A stretch of DNA of 64,000 bases from an uncultured Acidobacteriota bacterium (lineage in GTDB: Bacteria; Acidobacteriota; Thermoanaerobaculia; UBA5066; Gp7-AA6): the NCBI GenBank assembly GCA_963764715.1, contig CAVXTP010000022.1, positions 448,001-512,000 on the forward strand. Direction: 5' to 3'. The position numbers were made by a program, and so were the translations under genes. This document shows positions 61,445-64,000 of this stretch, one piece after another. Every line of letters starts with the position of its first letter. The first letter of the stretch is position 1. Below the pieces are notes generated by a model. It had not been told where the DNA came from, did no database searches, and was given only the letters and a program-made list of their open reading frames with translations.

Positions 61445-62247
61445 TGAGCAAGCGGCCGCCGACCGCCGTGTCGATCGCCACGTCCGACTCCGGAGGCGGG
61501 GCGGGGATCCAGGCGGACCTGCTGACGTTCGCGGCGCACGGCGTCTACGGCGCCACCGTGCTCGCCGCCGGCACCGCGCAGAGCACGCGGGGCGTCACGG
61601 GGATCGAGACGTTCTCGGCGCGCTTCCTGACGCGCCAGCTCGACGCGGTCTTCTCCGACCTGCGCCCGCGCGCCGTCAAGATCGGGATGCTCTTCGACGC
61701 GCCGCGCATCCGGGCCGTGGCCCGCGGGCTCGCCCGCCATGGCGCCGTCAACGTCGTGCTCGATCCCGTCATGGTCTCGAAGAGCGGCGCCCGCCTGCTC
61801 GCCCGCCCCGCGGTCGCGAGCCTCGAGCGGGACCTGCTCCCGCTCTGCGACCTCGTGACGCCGAACCTTCCGGAGGCGGCCGCCCTGACGGGACTCCGCG
61901 TGTCCTCGCCCGCCGAGCGGCGGGTCGCCGCGGGAGCGATCGCGGCCCTGGGCGCCCGGACGGTCCTGATCAAGGGGGGGCACGGCCGGGGAAACGAGGT
62001 CCGCGATCTCTTCTTCGACGGGCGTTTCTTCACGGAGTTCGTGTCGCCGCGCATCCGGACCCGCGCCACCCACGGGACCGGATGCACGCTCTCGTCTGCG
62101 ATCGCGGCGAACCTCGCCCTCGGCCGGCCGCTCGAGGACGCGATCCTCCGGGCCATCCACTACCTGCGGGCGGGGCTGGCGCGCGGCCTCTTTCCCGGCG
62201 GCGGGTTCGGCGTTCCCGATCACTTCCCTCCGCGTCCCTGGAAGTGA
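61444..62247 (+). CDS. thiD: Hydroxymethylpyrimidine/phosphomethylpyrimidine kinase
   Basis: SDSGGGAGIQADL, VKIGML, VLDPVM, TPNLPEA, IKGGH, THGTGCTLSSAI. Confidence 0.95.
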   Translation: MSKRPPTAVSIATSDSGGGAGIQADLLTFAAHGVYGATVLAAGTAQSTRGVTGIETFSARFLTRQLDAVFSDLRPRAVKIGMLFDAPRIRAVARGLARHGAVNVVLDPVMVSKSGARLLARPAVASLERDLLPLCDLVTPNLPEAAALTGLRVSSPAERRVAAGAIAALGARTVLIKGGHGRGNEVRDLFFDGRFFTEFVSPRIRTRATHGTGCTLSSAIAANLALGRPLEDAILRAIHYLRAGLARGLFPGGGFGVPDHFPPRPWK

Positions 62248-62277
62248 GGCGGGGCGGCGAACCGCCCCCGCCGCGGG

Positions 62278-62700
62278 CTACCTGATGTAGTAGCCCGAGA
62301 CCCTCCAGGTCCCGTCGGGGTCCTTCATCGGCGTCACCGTCTCGGTCATCCCCTTGCGCTTCTCGAAGTCGGTGGCGTACTGGAGGACGACGTACTCCCC
62401 CGCCGGCGCACCCGGAAGCTGCGTCGCAGGCTGGCTCGACGCGAGACTTCGCGAAACGACGCGGCCGAGGGGAGCGCGGGCCTTCTCGAGCGCCGCCTCC
62501 CACTGCGGCTTCGTCAGGGACTTGCGGAAGAGCGCCGCCGAGGCGTCCCAGCTTGCGCCGTACCGGCCGGCGTCGACGATCGCGAGCCAGGTCCGGGACG
62601 CCGTTTCGGCGGCCTTCCCCGCGTTCTCACCGCCGGCCGCGCCACCTGCGGCGAGCAGCGCTCCCGCCAGGGCCAGCCCGAGGATCCGCCGCATGCTCAT
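62278..62700 (-). CDS. Secreted DUF4019-like protein
   Basis: Signal peptide; WLAIVDAGRYGASW, RAPLG, LPGAPAGEYV, ETVT, WRVSGYYIR. Confidence 0.82.
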   Translation of the reverse strand: MSMRRILGLALAGALLAAGGAAGGENAGKAAETASRTWLAIVDAGRYGASWDASAALFRKSLTKPQWEAALEKARAPLGRVVSRSLASSQPATQLPGAPAGEYVVLQYATDFEKRKGMTETVTPMKDPDGTWRVSGYYIR

Positions 62701-64000
62701 TCCCACAGGGGGAACCCGTACCCGAGTGCCGTGTACGCCGTCTCGGAGATCGCGGTTTGCTGGGCGTCCCGGTTCTTGTCCATCTCCTTCAGGTGGCCGA
62801 CCATCCGGTACTTGGCTCCCTGGACGAACGCCTTCGCGAGGCGCACCTCCTCGGCCGCCTTCTCGGCCCCGGAGCGGCCGATCGCCGCGGTCGCACGCGA
62901 GAGAACGGCGAGCGAACCGTACAGGTCGATCGCCACGTTGGCGAGCCGCTCCTGGTGGTACTCCTTCTCGATGACGCCCTTGCCGTACTTCCGCAGCAGC
63001 GTCTCGGCCGCGTTGCCGGCGGCACGGGAGTACTTCGCGACGAAATCGCCTTCCACGGCGAGCTCCGGCGCGAGCTTCGTCAGGCGCCCCGGCACGACGC
63101 CCCGGATCTTGCGCACGGCGTAGTCCGAGAGGATCCCGAGCGAGGAGAGCGGCGCCTTGAGCGCCCGTCCGACCTCCTTCAGGTCCTCGCCCACGTCGCG
63201 CATCCCCGAGAGGGCGACGAGAACGCGGAGGATCTCGTTCGTCCCTTCGAAGATCATGTTGATGCGCGAGTCGCGCAGGGCCTTCTCGTACGGATACTCC
63301 TCCATGAAACCGTTGCCGCCCGCGATCTGGAGGGCGTCGTTGATGTTGGACCAGACGGTCTCCGTGCCGAAGATCTTGCAGCAGGCTCCCTCCAGCGAGT
63401 AGTCCTGGAGCCCGCGGTCGATGAGGCCGGCCGTCAGGTAGACCATGGACTCGAGGGCGTAGGTCGACACGACCATCCGGGCGAACTTGGCCCGGATCAT
63501 CTCGAAGTCCGCGATCCGGGTGCCGAACTGCTTGCGCTGCGTGGCATGGAGCGCCGCTTCGCGGAGCATCGCCTTGCAGCCGCCGATGCATCCCGCCGCG
63601 AGCGACGTGCGTCCGGTGTTGAGGATCTCCACCGCCATCTTGAACCCCTGCCCCCGCTGTCCGAGGACGTTCGAGGCCGGGACGCGGACGTTCTGGAGCT
63701 CGATCGGGACGGTGGAGGAGCCCTTGAGCCCGAGCTTGCGCTCCTCCTTGCCGGGAACGACGCCGCCGAGGTCCTTGGTGACGACGAAGGCCGTGATCCG
63801 CCGGTGCTCGTCCTTCTCGGGAAGGTTCACGTCCTTCGCGAACACCGTGAAGAACTCGGCGAACCCGCCGTTGGAGATCCAGTGCTTGGATCCGTTCAGG
63901 AGAAACGTGTCGGTCTTTTCGTCGTACACGGCGGTCGTGCGGATCGAGGCGGCGTCCGAGCCGGCCTCGGGCTCCGTCAGCGCGAAGGCCGCCAGCATCT
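62697..64000 (-). CDS. Acyl-CoA dehydrogenase (VLCAD/ACAD9-like), 5-prime end outside window
   Basis: AFALTEPEAGSDA, GSKHWISNGG, KLGLKGSST, RKQFG, GGNGFM, RINMIFEGTNEILR plus C-terminal extension. Confidence 0.93.
   Translation of the reverse strand, partial: MLAAFALTEPEAGSDAASIRTTAVYDEKTDTFLLNGSKHWISNGGFAEFFTVFAKDVNLPEKDEHRRITAFVVTKDLGGVVPGKEERKLGLKGSSTVPIELQNVRVPASNVLGQRGQGFKMAVEILNTGRTSLAAGCIGGCKAMLREAALHATQRKQFGTRIADFEMIRAKFARMVVSTYALESMVYLTAGLIDRGLQDYSLEGACCKIFGTETVWSNINDALQIAGGNGFMEEYPYEKALRDSRINMIFEGTNEILRVLVALSGMRDVGEDLKEVGRALKAPLSSLGILSDYAVRKIRGVVPGRLTKLAPELAVEGDFVAKYSRAAGNAAETLLRKYGKGVIEKEYHQERLANVAIDLYGSLAVLSRATAAIGRSGAEKAAEEVRLAKAFVQGAKYRMVGHLKEMDKNRDAQQTAISETAYTALGYGFPLWE

Overview
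GC-rich bacterial chromosomal window with about 55 genes and one tRNA. The host is diderm (TonB-dependent receptor, outer-membrane DUF3570-like protein); Acidobacteriota is my guess and is not proven. Housekeeping content: a near-complete heme pathway in two divergent operons (ccsA-like-hemA-hemC-hemD-hemB-hemL and hemE-hemN-hemH-hemG/Y) flanking acnA and a GH172-HEAT protein; peptide uptake and peptidases; an ABC-F-cinA-thpR-plsY-gpsA operon; NDH-2; an ECF sigma/anti-sigma operon; thiD; an acyl-CoA dehydrogenase. Best candidates for undescribed biology: (1) two tandem secreted paralogues with a conserved folded domain, a tail conserved in length (69 vs 70 aa) but not in sequence, and an identical PLRL-stop terminus; one sits just upstream of a TonB receptor whose Shine-Dalgarno can be sequestered by a hairpin starting 2 nt after the PLRL stop, which is the layout of a ribosome-arrest leader system; (2) a small peptide / sigma-region-2-only protein / TPR protein module; (3) a DsbD-N, TlpA-DUF4266 fusion, DUF3570, ApbE flavinylation islet next to tRNA-Glu, which carries a structured partial tRNA copy; (4) pervasive leaderless promoters, including very compact bidirectional ones. 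Two zones (24.4-25.3 kb and 42.3-46.8 kb) carry clustered frameshifts that look like sequencing errors. All product calls come from motif recognition by eye; no database searches were run.
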